A DNA stretch of 64,000 bases from assembly GCF_009914755.1 (NCBI RefSeq), contig NC_060937.1; one strand, written 5' to 3'. The stretch is from the human T2T-CHM13v2.0 reference genome, Homo sapiens. The notes beneath the pieces were generated by a model that searched no databases, was not told the DNA's origin, and saw nothing but the letters and a program-made list of their open reading frames with translations. Position 1 is the first letter of the stretch. Each line of letters begins with the position of its first letter. Positions 41,799 to 54,980 of the stretch are shown in pieces. Made by a program: the position numbers and the translations under genes.

Positions 41799-42062
41799 AA
41801 ACAGGATCCTGGATTCCCGCTCAGTAGCTGTGGTGTGAAACAACTGCAGCCATGACAGCCTTATATAATCTCCAGCAACTTAAGCAGGACTTGTGGCATG
41901 TTCGGGGTATATCACAGCTTCCTGAGTTTGATATAACTGCTTACTTTCCCTATTCCACCTTTGGTTTGTCCCTGCAGATAACACCAATATGGCCAATTAT
42001 CTTCCTGCATGAAATATCCAAAGTGGTGTCTCATACTGACCTGAGCAAACATCAACTGATAC
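41582..42062 (+). mobile_element. ERVL-class LTR (subfamily uncertain) containing (CAG)16
   Basis: TG start, ..AACTGATAC end, immediately followed by an ERVL-type leader (AGAAGTGGCACCAGGAAACAGACC) and gag remnants. Confidence 0.65.
41749..41796. repeat. Pure (CAG)16/(CTG)16 trinucleotide repeat
   Basis: 16 uninterrupted CAG units counted. Confidence 0.98.
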
Positions 42063-43660
42063 GTGTGCTAATAGAAGTGGCACCAGGAAACAGACCTTTC
42101 AATTGTTAATCTGAGAATGGTTATTTGACCTGATTATAAATGTTGATCTCATCACATTTGGAAAATGAGACTCAGGTAATCCATGGCATGCAAAGGCAGA
42201 TGGCTATTTAAACTACTACCTGTTGCCTAGGATGAAATTATTAGAAAGGGTACAGTTCACTTGACTGTTATGGCAGTAATGGCTAAAAGGATTATGGAAT
42301 GTGTTGACTACTGACCTATACCGGACAGTTCACTAAAAAATAATACCATGAGGTCAGGTTGTTACACTTTCAGATTAAAGCCTGATCAGAGAACAAATTA
42401 GTTAAATAAGACAAAAATGCAATCCTGCAACACAGATAGAATACAGAGCCTCATTTAGTGACTTATGTGAAATACTATTTGGTAAGAACTGGGATCTTGA
42501 ATATGGCAGCTTCCTGAGTTTGATGTAACTGCCTCTTTTCTTTTTTCCACCTTTGGTTTAGTTATTTCCACCTGCAGATAACACTGTTATGGCCAATTAT
42601 CTTTCTACTTGAAATACCAAATGTGGTGTCTCATATTGCCAAATTGAAGACACTTGGATAGATTTCAATGAGTCTAAGAACCTTTCAAACTTCAAGCCAC
42701 TTTTTGTTTGTTTATCAAGAGAAGATCCTCTACCCTTCAGAACATACTAGCTATTTATTGCTTAAAATTTCTATAAAAATCTTATTTTAAGTAGTTGCCT
42801 TATAAGGTTTATTCATTCTCCATTTCCACATCCTACTTACCCTTATTCTTCAGAACCATAACTAGAGCAAATCTACAAATACTCTGGAGAACCAACACAA
42901 AGAATGAATGGAGAGAAAAGAACTTATGCACTAAAGGATTTACAAACCTTTGCTAGTTTCTGTGAAAAGAAATCTAGATATTATTTGTGGGGATGGATTT
43001 TTTTTAAGAGTGCGAGATCAACAAGGATAGAACATAATATTAGATCAAGCAAAATTTTTCTCTACAGGTGCATGGAACAATTTCTGATTCAATCAGTTTT
43101 TGATTCAAAATGTTAACTCAAGCAGCCTGGCTTTAACACTTTTCTGGGTTTGATGGCTGAAAGCTGGTCTCAACAGTGGCCTACATTAAATGGATTTGAT
43201 TGACAAAATTCCCCTGCTATACTGCAGAAGAAGAAATCCGGATCTTTAGAGATAGCTGTTTGGTGTATTTTGAGTTATGAATGATATGTCCCATGTGAAG
43301 ATTTAAAGAATGCTACCTTTAAATGTCTTTTTAAATGTCTATAAAATGTGCTGATAAGGAGGGCTTCAACATCCTTACAAAGTTCTTTGGTGTCTGTTCT
43401 TCATAGGCCTGGGAGGATGATGGCAGTGGCTGTCATTGACCTTCAGCTTTCTTATTTCAATGGGTTTAATTCTAATCCTGAGGTGGCAGATGCAGTGACT
43501 GAGTGGACATAGGATGAGACTGACAATTACAATATTTTTATCTGCAGGGATAATTATTAACAGGTAATTAACTATGGTGTTCTCAATGGAGAGTCTATTA
43601 TTGTATTTTTTGCATATATAATCAGAAAAACTGTACATCTGGTAAGCAGAACACCCCTAA
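42063..43660 (+). pseudogene. ERV-L-type internal region, decayed gag
   Basis: NPWHAKA..FKLLPV (~42178); GKNWDLEY..EDTWID (~42481-42660); YLWGWI..RVRDQQG.NIILDQAKF (~42980-43056) resembles ERV-L gag YVWEWILRV.DQGG.NI.LDQAEF; many stops and frameshifts. Confidence 0.75.
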
Positions 43661-44161
43661 GTTACCACATTGGAAAATGAGCCAGAACTGAGCCAGTTAA
43701 CATTTTAATGATGACCATATAATGAGGAGATCTTGTAATGATGTTAAAATATGGTATTTGATCTTTATAGCATATTAAAGCAGGACTACAATTATCACAG
43801 AAAAAGAAATTACTTCATTTGGAGAAGAATATAGTAACTGATATGACCTCATGTACCTCTTTTTGGGAAAATGTGTACATCTTCATTTTTAAGTGTGAAA
43901 ATTGCATAGTTTGAGGTCTAAGCACGGTATTGTTGAGACAATTGTTGTAGGAAAGTTTCAACATAGATAGAAGGATTTACATGGCTATGGAGTAGCCAGA
44001 GGAAGGTTTCTACAGAAAGTTTCTATTGCCTTTCACCTCCATATTCACCCACCTATATTTTTTCTATATTGTTTATTAACACAAAGTTGAGTATGTGTGT
44101 GTGTGCATGTGTGTATGCATGCCTAATACTAGATAATTTAATAATGAAAATAAATCATCAT

Positions 44162-44669
44162 AGCACCCACGCCAAAGAATGGAGTCGATAATTTTTTTGG
44201 ACTCCCTGTTTATTTACTGATGAACACAGTTCCTACATTTTACTTTTAAAATATGAGCATTATATGAATATTCCTGAAAACTTCTTGTATTATTTAATAC
44301 AATAATATTCAAAACAGCATTTAAATCTTCTTGGGAGCATCTGGAAATGTTTTGATAACAAATATTTAACTGGAAAGGATGATAAGCTGTTTAGGAGGTA
44401 GACATGTGGAGAGGGAACAGAGAAGGATTCACTACAGGCAAATGCAGAGAGACAATCTAAGTAACTAGGCATGAGGAAATCTCTGTATTCACATTATACT
44501 TAGCATTTGCACAATTGTATGACCAGTACACCTTTGTATCAGTGAGCACCCATGCCAAAGAATGGAGTCGATGTTTTTTTCTGCTTCCCTGTTCATTTAC
44601 TGATGAACACAGTTTCTACATTTTATTTTTAAGACATATGCATCATTTGGACAATCCTGAAAACTTCTT
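44162..44669. repeat. Diverged ~125-bp direct repeat pair (44162-44286 and 44545-44669)
   Basis: Both copies read AGCACCCA(C/T)GCCAAAGAATGGAGTCGAT..ATTTACTGATGAACACAGTT..TCCTGAAAACTTCTT. Confidence 0.92.
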
Positions 44670-45281
44670 ATTGATGAAACAAGAACTAAGATGACTTTGG
44701 TATGCAATAATAAACCTTTCTAATAAGCTTTGTTTCCTTTCTGATTTCAGCTTTTGAAGTCCACCATTTCTCCGCATCTGAAAATCAAAGTACTTTTTCT
44801 GTTACATTTTAATCTGACATGAATGAGCAACTTCCTGCTGTTTTAGGACAGGTCCTCAATAGTACTTTTAAAGCCTTAGGAGCTTTCAATATCATCAGCC
44901 AATTAGGCATTCACAAGACTTTTGCTACATATGACAAGTTTAGAAATATTCCTTTTTTTTTTAAGTTTCTAGAGATGTAGAGAACTTTCTGACTTTCTAA
45001 TTGCATGACCATAGATTATGACTCTTTCCATAATATGAAATGCATCCTGCAGTGCTTGTTCTAAACTATACCTCAATAGTTATTAGTGATGATAACCAGA
45101 AAGATTGACAGTTATTTATTGTTTCTTACCATTATACTCCCCACGGAAGGAGAGAGATTTCATACATACTATTTAGACATTATTTAATAAGAGACTTATA
45201 AGTCAAAGAAATTTAATTGCACATTGTCACTGTCAGTCTTCCTACAAATAAAATACTGTATTGAGTTCACTAATATACAAA

Positions 45282-45308
45282 TGGTGGTGGTGGTGGTGGT
45301 GGTGGTGG
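45282..45308. repeat. (TGG)9 microsatellite
   Basis: Read directly. Confidence 0.95.
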
Positions 45309-48300
45309 TAGGATAATCTCAAGCAGCCTGATTTCTCATTTGCATTTCTACATAAGTAAAAAAATTCAGTTAATTTAAAAAATTAAAATGTAGCATGTGA
45401 TATTTATTACCACTTTTTTGCATTCATAATCTATGTAAACATGTGAATGAAAATACCTATGTGTAATGGGAAAGAATCTTCAATTGTCAAATGCTTATCA
45501 AATACCCAGGAGCCAACGAACACTTCCTAAAGTCTAACTGAGGGTGTCCAAATGCAATTCCATTAAAGACTGCTCAGTCATCATTCTCCCAAGCCAAGTT
45601 CAAAAGGCCAAAGTCAGTTTTTTAAAAAAGAATTTTTAAATTATTGCATATGCCCTTTCAAGTCAGTGTAAAACAATCACCTTGTCCACTCATCGGGTAA
45701 TTGCGTTCAATGTCTACGGAGGACACTAAGCACCAGTAGTTCCAACTGATACATAGACAAGTTTGCTGCTGTTGAATAATGTTCTTATTTTGTATGTGTC
45801 AAGGCCAAAATAGCATGCTTACTTTACACATCTAGCAAGGCTACAGTTTGTTTTCATTTTAAAGAAGAGTTACCAAATTGAAGTCCTTCTCTATAATAAA
45901 ACTGTTAAAACAAATTGACAGTCAATATTCCCAAACTTTAACTTGATTAATCCTGCTCTTGGCAATTGCACTATTGCATTATGTGTTATATCTTTGATTA
46001 TCCAATGAAGGAATAAGAGTAGAATATTTCCTTAAGTGAATTTCTGTTTCATATGGAATGTGGCAACATATTGGTGCTATTTAGAGATTACATATCCAAC
46101 ATACAATATATATTATTGTTATTTGTCATGCTTAAAAACAGAATAAATATAAACATCCTCATGTTTATATATCTCTAATTTTAGAAGGTATAAATAAATG
46201 ACTTAATTGTCTCATGAAGGATTAGAAAATCTTTAATTTTAAAAATCACTAATGAAACTAATTACACTGCAGGTAATAGTAAGTAATTTTTAATTATAAT
46301 AGCAAGAAGAATGACGTAAAAGATCCAATTGTCTTAAGTGATCAGAATAACTAATTTTTTTAATGACCATTTCATGAACAAAGTCATACTACAGTTAATT
46401 AATAATAATTTATGATGATAAGGAGGAGATAAAAATATAAGTAATCTCAAGATGCTTCTTTCTACAGTGACATACTTACATAACTGTGTTCATAAAAATT
46501 AACAATAATATATAATGCCTTGTGAATGAAGTACTCTGTTGTAACAATATATTATTAATTTTATATGCCATTTCCTGCTTTGATAAATATAGTATTTATT
46601 CAACTCAATAAATTACTACCAATACAGAAAAACCAAATGTTGCACAAAGCCTAAGGCTATTGTATCAATATAAATATATTCAACTTTAAGGCAATGATTC
46701 TGACAGATTAGAGGACTAAATTCATATAATAGAATGTCATGATTTAAACAAAATGTGATCCACCAGAGGTAAAATTATAACCTACCTATTATTCCTAGAA
46801 ATTTAAAGCAATATTTTTGTGAGAGTTAAATAATTTTCAGGGTGATTTTTGTATACATATTTTTATTATAATATTGACCTAATGGGAAACAAAACTGCTT
46901 TTCACTAGCAGGGCCAGATGTGCAGGATGATTAGTTATACTTACACTCCATTTGCCTTCAAATTATGTATCTTTGAAAAATAGGACATGTACATAGGTTG
47001 ATTTTCATTTATTTTTGTTATCCTTTATTTAATGATTTGTATTCTCCGTTGATATATGATTGTATTACTTAAATCCTCTGAAATGTTTTTAAACTAATCA
47101 GAGTATGTTCAAAAAGGAGAAGAAAATGAACTTTAAGTACTTGAATTAAGCAGCAGCATCGTGTCTATTTATTTTGTTATGTCACCCGGGCTCTTCCTTG
47201 TTGAACAAGGTAATACAATGGTGCATACAAAGATAGCCACAAAGTAGCTTACTTTAGATATGCTTCTTGATTGACTGTTAAGATATTCAAAGAAAGCAAA
47301 AACATCTTACAATTATATATCTATAAATGCATAAGTATGTGTATAGAGGACTAATATGTATCGTGCATATACATAATTGTATATCATTGTCAGTATGTGT
47401 TTGTACACTGACAATTCGTAGTACCTCAAATTATTTTTAGCATATTCTGTTGTATACAAATTTACACTTAATAAAGGGAGAATTTTAAGTTAAAGGGGAA
47501 AGATGAGGCTAAATCAAAAGGTAAACAAAGACTTAAAAATGCTAAGCCAGTGGTAGTCTATTCTGAAAATACGGACACGGTGATTGTGAAGGGTGCCAGG
47601 TCAAGGTGTTCATCCCAGTTTTTCACGGATAGAATTAAGCTGTGTATATGGGAAATGGAAATGAAGAATAGGATTTGTGTGCACAGCTCATTTTTCCTCC
47701 TAGTAGAGCGAACTAATGAATATTAAGAAAATATTAAGAAGTATTTTTCTTTTTAAAGTGTTTACCCTGTGTTTCTCTGTCTTTGGGAAGTCAGTCACAC
47801 TAGGGGTGAGAGTTCACAGTGAATGTCTAATCCAGACTTTGGCTAATTATAAGATGATTCCATAGTTGTAATCATCTCCAAAAAGTTTAGACATGTTCTG
47901 GCCTTTGGGTTTCAATTATATAAGTATGTCCCATTCTGCGTCCATATGCACATCTAAATGTCAATTGCATGGTAACGGAGTTTAAAAAAAATCTCAAACC
48001 ATGTTTCTGCTGGGTCTGGTTACAGCAGTTCCATAATGAGCACCTTTGAGCACTTTTATTCCACTTCACAGTGTGTAAATTCATAAATGCTTGGCCTTGT
48101 ATCTTTTCTGTGTTGTCAGCATTCTCATCATTTTGGGAGACAAATTGATATCTCCCTTAGAAATGACCAAATTGAGTGCCATCTGTTACAATGAAGGGCT
48201 ACTTCAAGGAGAACTTTTATTGAATGTGAGTTGGAATTTTCATTGTAGCAGCAAAATTGAGAAGCATTTCTAGTGGACCCGAGGGGTGGTGTTTTTCTTT

Positions 48301-49001
48301 CTAAAATCATTGTTCTCAATTTTTACAGGCTCTGCCCTCAAAAACCATCACTGACATGCAGCAGAATTTTTTTTTTTTTTGGCAAGTTATATAAGCAGAA
48401 AGTGATTGTAAATCAAACTAGAAGAAAGTATAACAGATATTCCTGGAAACCAAAGAATATTTTAATCATCAAATAATGAAACAGAGGCATCTAGAGTAAA
48501 GCCCTATTGGAAATAATTAATAGCACGTGGGCAATGATTTTTTAAATGCTTTTTTATTTATTTCATTGACATTAGTTCTTATATTTGACATCTTCTGTGT
48601 GACTAATTCTACAGTAGATTATCATCCTTTAAAATGCAAATAATTTTTAAGTAAGCTAACAGTATAATAAGATGTACACTAACAATCCTTAATTAATAAA
48701 CATAATCTTAAAAGTTTCATTTAAACTTGTTAAACATTTAAAATAAACACTGTCTAGCACCTTTTCCTGCTACATATGGAGAATCCTATATGTAACTTTA
48801 CTTTTAAAAATTATTTATATCTGAAAGAGAAAAGTAGTATACTAATCAGTTTTTCTAGTAAGTATATATGAACTACTTTCAAAGAAATAAACAAGAACAG
48901 AGTTCTATAAGCACATTACAGATCCTGCTTCTTCAAAACTTACTCTGTAGGATCTTAATGTTAGTAGTATTTGACTAGCTATGACGTGTGGGTATATATC
49001 C

Positions 49002-49033
<32 letters not shown>

Positions 49034-50135
49034 GGAAATAAATAAATGTTTATTGCAAATAAATAAGTAAATAAATATATATTTTCTAGGGTAACACTGG
49101 GCTTTCAGAGGGCGTAAGGAACAAGTATTCAGGGAGGGCCAGAAAAACTGAAGAAAATTGGAGGCAGTAATATGTTTGCTACAGAAAGTTTGAGGTTTTC
49201 CAGATGGAAGGCTGAGGTGCTCAAAGACAAAACATGTCAGAAGGAAACATTCCTGCTGGCCTATTCCTGCAAATCCCAGAAGGTGCATTAACATAGGAAG
49301 AAGGCAAGCCCCACATTATTAATAAGCTTACCAACAGATTTCAATTGATTTCCTTTAGGTTATCTGGCTTCTTTTGTATTCCATTCTCTCCCTTGTGTTT
49401 AGTTTCACTGGTTTTTAATCAGATTACTTTAAAATGTTCTGAACCCAGGTTAGAATTTAGCATGCAAACAATGGAAAAGAGAAAGAGAGTTTTCTGAGTA
49501 GGGTAAGTCAAATAACTCACCACAATTAAGATGATGAGGACTCCTGAAGGGCAGAGAGAAGAGGGGAGACTCATGCACTTGACACAAAAAAAGCTGAATA
49601 GCCAGAAGAGTTCGTCAGAGGGAGGCTCTGGGGATGAAAGGTTGGCAATGACTCCCTTAGGAATTGCACTCTGAAAACCCAAAGTTCAATACAAGCTACT
49701 TTCATTAGTATAAGTGTTTCTGCACAAATAACCTGTCGTTACATTTCAGTTCAATCTTAGAAATTGGAAGGGCAAAAGACCTCTTAGGTCATAGTGCTTG
49801 TCACTCCAGTGCAAAATATAAACAATGTCTCTCACAGATAAGAATGCATAACTTAACATAGATGTGGAAAATATGGAACTACTTTTTCTTTAAAAATCTT
49901 TAAAAAGTAAAATGTTCTGTTTTTATTTTTTAAAAAAATTGAGTTATTTGGGCACAGAACTCTTCCACAAAGTCTGTGACTGAACAAGTGTTTGAGTGCT
50001 TTAGGACCACATAGTAGGAATGGTAAATGGCAGGATAAGGCAAGGTCTCACAGAAAAGAGACTTACTTACTTTTTAACTTTGATAAAGATACGTAAGCTT
50101 TTTCTGCCAGGGTTGCCACTAAAAATAGCAGTAAG

Positions 50136-50428
50136 GGTCGGGGGCAGTGGTTCATCTCTGTCATGCCAGCACTTTGGGAGGCCGAGGGGAAGGATTGCTT
50201 GAGTGCATGAATTCAGGACCAGCCTAGGCAACATGGCAAGATCATGTGTCTACAAAAAATAAATTTTAAGAATTTAGCAGGGCATGGTGGCACAAACCCT
50301 GTCCAAGCTACTCGGAAGGCTGAGGCAGGAGGTTTACTTGAGCCCAGGAGACAGAGGTTGCAGTGAGCCATGTTTGCACTCTAACCTGGGCAACAAAATG
50401 AGACCCTGTCTCAACAACAACAACAAAA
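50136..50428 (+). mobile_element. AluJ
   Basis: Diverged Alu with GGATTGCTTGAG, CTTGAGCCCAGGAG and GAGACCCTGTCTC (J diagnostics); (CAA)n tail. Confidence 0.9.
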
Positions 50429-51126
50429 TAGTAGGATGCTATTTCGGATCGTTGCCATGATCCATAATGAATAAAAGACAGATCATTAAACTATAAATTC
50501 AATTTTAAACTAACCTTTAAGTTCATACTGCTCAAAGATATCAAGGTGGTATAATTTCTTTTCCTTCATATACAGTGGGAAGTAATTGGTGTAACTGATA
50601 AGAAAACATGGTTGATTGATAGCCATATACTGATCTAAAATGCTCTAATCTTATGATAGCTTTTGTGTGTTGCTTTACAGATAAAAAAAAAAAGCAAGAG
50701 TTGTTAAATCATTAAAAACATCTACTCAGCTTCCAAACTGCATAACTATGACAGAAGAGCAAATACATAAATTATCTGAAAATTGTTTCTATGCTTTGGA
50801 CTGTAAAACAATGTGGCACTCATAAATAATTTTACCTTCAGCATTACTCAGTCTTTCAAAATTTAAGTTGAAAAATCTCTTTTCTTCTTTAATTTCAGAC
50901 CACATTTATTTCACTTACATATTCATTTATCTGACAGTGATAATATGCCTGTAAAATATTGCTTTTTGATCTCGTATCTTTGACAGACAGTTTTGTTTCT
51001 TTTCCTAATTCTCCAGGCTTGCTCTCTATCTAGTGATGTGCCCCTGCTGATGATGTCAGTCATCAGATGCTCCAGCAGTGATGGGAGATCAAAGGAAGCA
51101 AGGGATAGGTTAGGTTATCAATCAAC

Positions 51127-51443
51127 TTTTTGTTGTTGTTGTGTTTTGGTTTTTTTTTTTTTGAGACAGGGTCTCACTTTGTCACACAGGCTGGAGTGGA
51201 ATGGTGCCATCTCTGCTCTCTGCAGCCTTGATCTCCAGAGTTCAAGCAATCCTCCTGTTTCAGTCCCCCAAGTATCTGGACTACAAGTGCGTGCCACCAT
51301 ACCTGGCTAATTTTTGTATTCCTAGTAGAGATGGGGTTCCGCCATGTCATCCAGGCTGTTCTCGAACTCCTGAGCTCAAGTGATTCACCCGCCTTGGCTG
51401 CCCAAAGTGCTAGGATTACAGGAGTGAGCCACTGCACCCAGCC
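51127..51443 (-). mobile_element. AluJ (Jb-like)
   Basis: Antisense Alu with GAGACAGGGTCTCAC and CTCCTGAGCTCAAG; TSD TCAACTTT at 51122 and 51444. Confidence 0.92.
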
Positions 51444-51517
51444 TCAACTTTATATAAACCTTTGTTGAGGCATGAGTCAAAATGTTCCAACCAGCTGTAG
51501 CATCCCTGGCCAGATGT

Positions 51518-51551
<34 letters not shown>

Positions 51552-52738
51552 TCCATATTTCTTAGTTAAGCTCATTAAATTATATGCGTATTGCATATGT
51601 AATGAGTTTAACTAAGAAATGTGATTTGATGACACATACTATTTTTTTCTTTTTATGGCAGTTTAATTAAACTACTACATTTCTGAGATTCCTTAAGATT
51701 GTCCCTTGGGAAATATAGTGATGGTCCCGCAATTTCCCCTTCATTGGGTCAATTGAAGAGAATAAGCAAACCCATAGTTTGTATTTGCCAATACAGAAAA
51801 TGTTTCATGTTGACAATAATTTCTTTTTTAAATACAAGGCATGCAAACCTTGAAAGCATCACTGTTCCATTTTCTAACTGAATTATAAGAACTTAGGTAG
51901 CAAAACTACAGAGAAGACTGTACAAGACAGAACTGTTCACAAGCCCCTATGCTTTTTATTCGTAAGACAAGTGCACACATAGGAAATTTTGATTTGAGAG
52001 AAATAATGCCAATTGCTAAGATCAGTGAGGTAAGGCTTTACAATTACAAATGAAATAAGTGTTATTGAGCAAAGTCTTAAGATAATTGTGAGTTTAAGTG
52101 ATCAGAGTCTGTGAAGAGCAGCTCCAGTTGCATATCAAAGAACAAGCATAAATTGTGTTCAGCTTGTGATGGGCAGTTAGTTAGTTATTCATTGGTCTTT
52201 TCATCCTCACAGAGATAATGATCCTCATTTTAAGTATCCTAGTTGTATTAGAATGACTGCGATGTACCAAATAGCTACGGACGTTTTAAATTATTTTGTT
52301 AAATCTGCTCAATTTAACTGACTTTTTTTTTGGTAAAGTTCAAGTTCCACTACTACACTACTAACATGTTTATCCAACAAAGATTATTTACATTTATTTA
52401 TCATTTGATGAGGTTCTTGTGTGGAGTGTCTTACAGCCATACCCAGGTCTAGCTGCCTTTAATTGCCTTCTCCTCTTATGAATTCATGTGGATCAGAGCT
52501 CTCACAAAAGAAGCATATGTGGCAAAGCAGAGCCTGGGTGCTTGCCGTCTAATCTCCAGAACCTTCTGGATGTGGCTATGGGATCTTCTGCCTGATACAG
52601 CTGAGTGAGCATGGAGCACTGCTCTGTTAGGAATTTTCTTCTAGATACCATATTAATAATTAACCTGATCTGAAAAAAGACTGCTAGATTTCCCAAATTT
52701 CTCTCAAGTATGACAAGGGTTAGGCATCCCGTATTCTA

Positions 52739-53983
52739 TGTGATAAATGTAAAAAAAAAAACAAAAACAAAAAACTACAAATGTAAAATAAGAGGCTTCA
52801 TTCTCACTGGGAAAATAAAGAGGGAGGTTTCTGTCTTCTATTTTCTAGAGTATTTATCTTAGAAAACTTGTAAGTACTTTCCAATCTTTTTAAAATATAT
52901 ATAAATAGTTTTAAAGATGAGATAGGTCTTTTCCAGCTGGCCTTTTGTGACTTTTATGGCCCAGAAATGTCTTCCTAAAAACTTGGGAGTCACCTCTCTG
53001 GAATACAAACAACAGGAGAGAGAGCGGTGATAGCAATAGGAGGCAGACAGATTCTTTAGACAGACAGGGTCAGGTCCCCAGTGAAACTCAGTCTTCAAGC
53101 CAAGGACAGTCTAAAGCCTGGAAACCAAGCTACAAATTCTGGATAAAATCCACGGGCTGGATTGAGAACTCCCATTCCCATTTGGCATGCTGCCTCCCAA
53201 TTGGTCCTTATCCTTCACCTATTTGACATATACCTACCCTCCCTGGGTTGGTCTTTTACACTATCATGCCTCTTTCTGAATGGTGCTTTTTCCCAGCCTA
53301 CCCATAAACCAATCAGCATGCACTTCCCCATTCCAAGCCCATAAAAACCTCTGGTCTCAGCATCATGGCCAGCAACCCACTTTTGGGTCCCCTCTTACTG
53401 CCAAGAGGTTTTCTGTCACTCAGTAAATTCCACTCTGCCTTACTCTCCAGTGTCCACATACATCATTCTTCTCGGTGGTGGAACAAGAACTCAGAACTCA
53501 CCAAACTACAGAAGTAAAAGAACAATAACAGCACACTTATCTCTCAGTTTCTGTGGGAGGGTAGGAGTCTAACTTTAGTGCACATTTTGCTCCAAGTTGC
53601 AAAGCGACCTTCTGGTATAAAGATATAATAATTTTTTTTATTTCTAGAAAAAGCCAATTAACTAATACAGATGGTCACCTCAATTACTAGGCGACTCTAG
53701 GATGAACTATGTGCTATAAATGGTATTATCAAGTCCTCTTATTTTAGGTCTAGTTATCATTTATCTTGAAAAAAATGCATATAATGGAATATTTTTGCTT
53801 GCCTACATGAAAGGGGGAGATTTCTTTCTGTCTTTGCAATCTGTTAACGGATGGCTGAAATGCACATCACATTCTGTTTTAATGCTTATTCAATAACTAA
53901 AGCTTCTTTTTTCTCTACTACCATTGTGGAGAGGCTTTTCTGGGTTAGAAAAAGATTCAGGTTTTAATTATACTTCCCCAACA
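52739..53983 (+). mobile_element. ERV1-class solo LTR (MER4-group, subfamily uncertain), interrupted by a second LTR
   Basis: TG start and ..TTATACTTCCCCAACA end; TTTAATGCTTATTCAATAA polyA region; sequence continues across the 53028-53530 insert. Confidence 0.65.
53028..53530 (+). mobile_element. LTR27-like ERV1 solo LTR
   Basis: TGATAGCAATAGGAGGCAG..GGTCCCCAGTGAAAC..TTCAAGCCAAGGACAG start; CCAAT box and CCCATAAAAACC; ends ..TAACA; degenerate TSD GCGG/GCAC. Confidence 0.8.
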
Positions 53984-54434
53984 CAATCATACCTGAAATA
54001 CTAAATTCAGATGAGTTTTCATTTTAGACTTTGAATATAATTATTGTATAGGTGAGATTGACTCTAATTGGAGGCTTATCATAATACAATACCACTAATT
54101 TTCTTGTACTTTTTTATTTATCATAATATTTATTATGTTGAATAAGGAACAGAATTTATGAATAAAAAGTTCCTCAATAAAGAGCTAATGATCAACTCAA
54201 AAGGGGTTTGATGCCTTTGTTCTCAAACTTCTTTAAGGGTCTTTTCACCTACTTAGAACTAATTTGACCTGAATATGGTTCTATAGCTAAAGAGGACATT
54301 TTTTAATTGTATAATGCAATCTCAAAAGAAGCCAGTTAAGTCAAAATCCCCTCCAAATTATCTGACCTACAATAGTAATTGCTTAGAAAATTTTACTTAA
54401 ATTGGAACATTTCCTTCTATCCAGGATGAGCTAG

Positions 54435-54930
<496 letters not shown>

Positions 54931-54980
54931 ATTTTAAATTTTTAATTGTAGAACAAACATGTCATAGTTTCAAAATATTA

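Noticed and set aside
48905-49294. Longest ORF in the track (129 aa)
   Set aside because: It runs through a (TA)n microsatellite, has low-complexity composition and shows no recognisable domain.
51030-51085. C/D-box snoRNA-like TGATGA motif
   Set aside because: No suitably placed CTGA D box or terminal stem was found.
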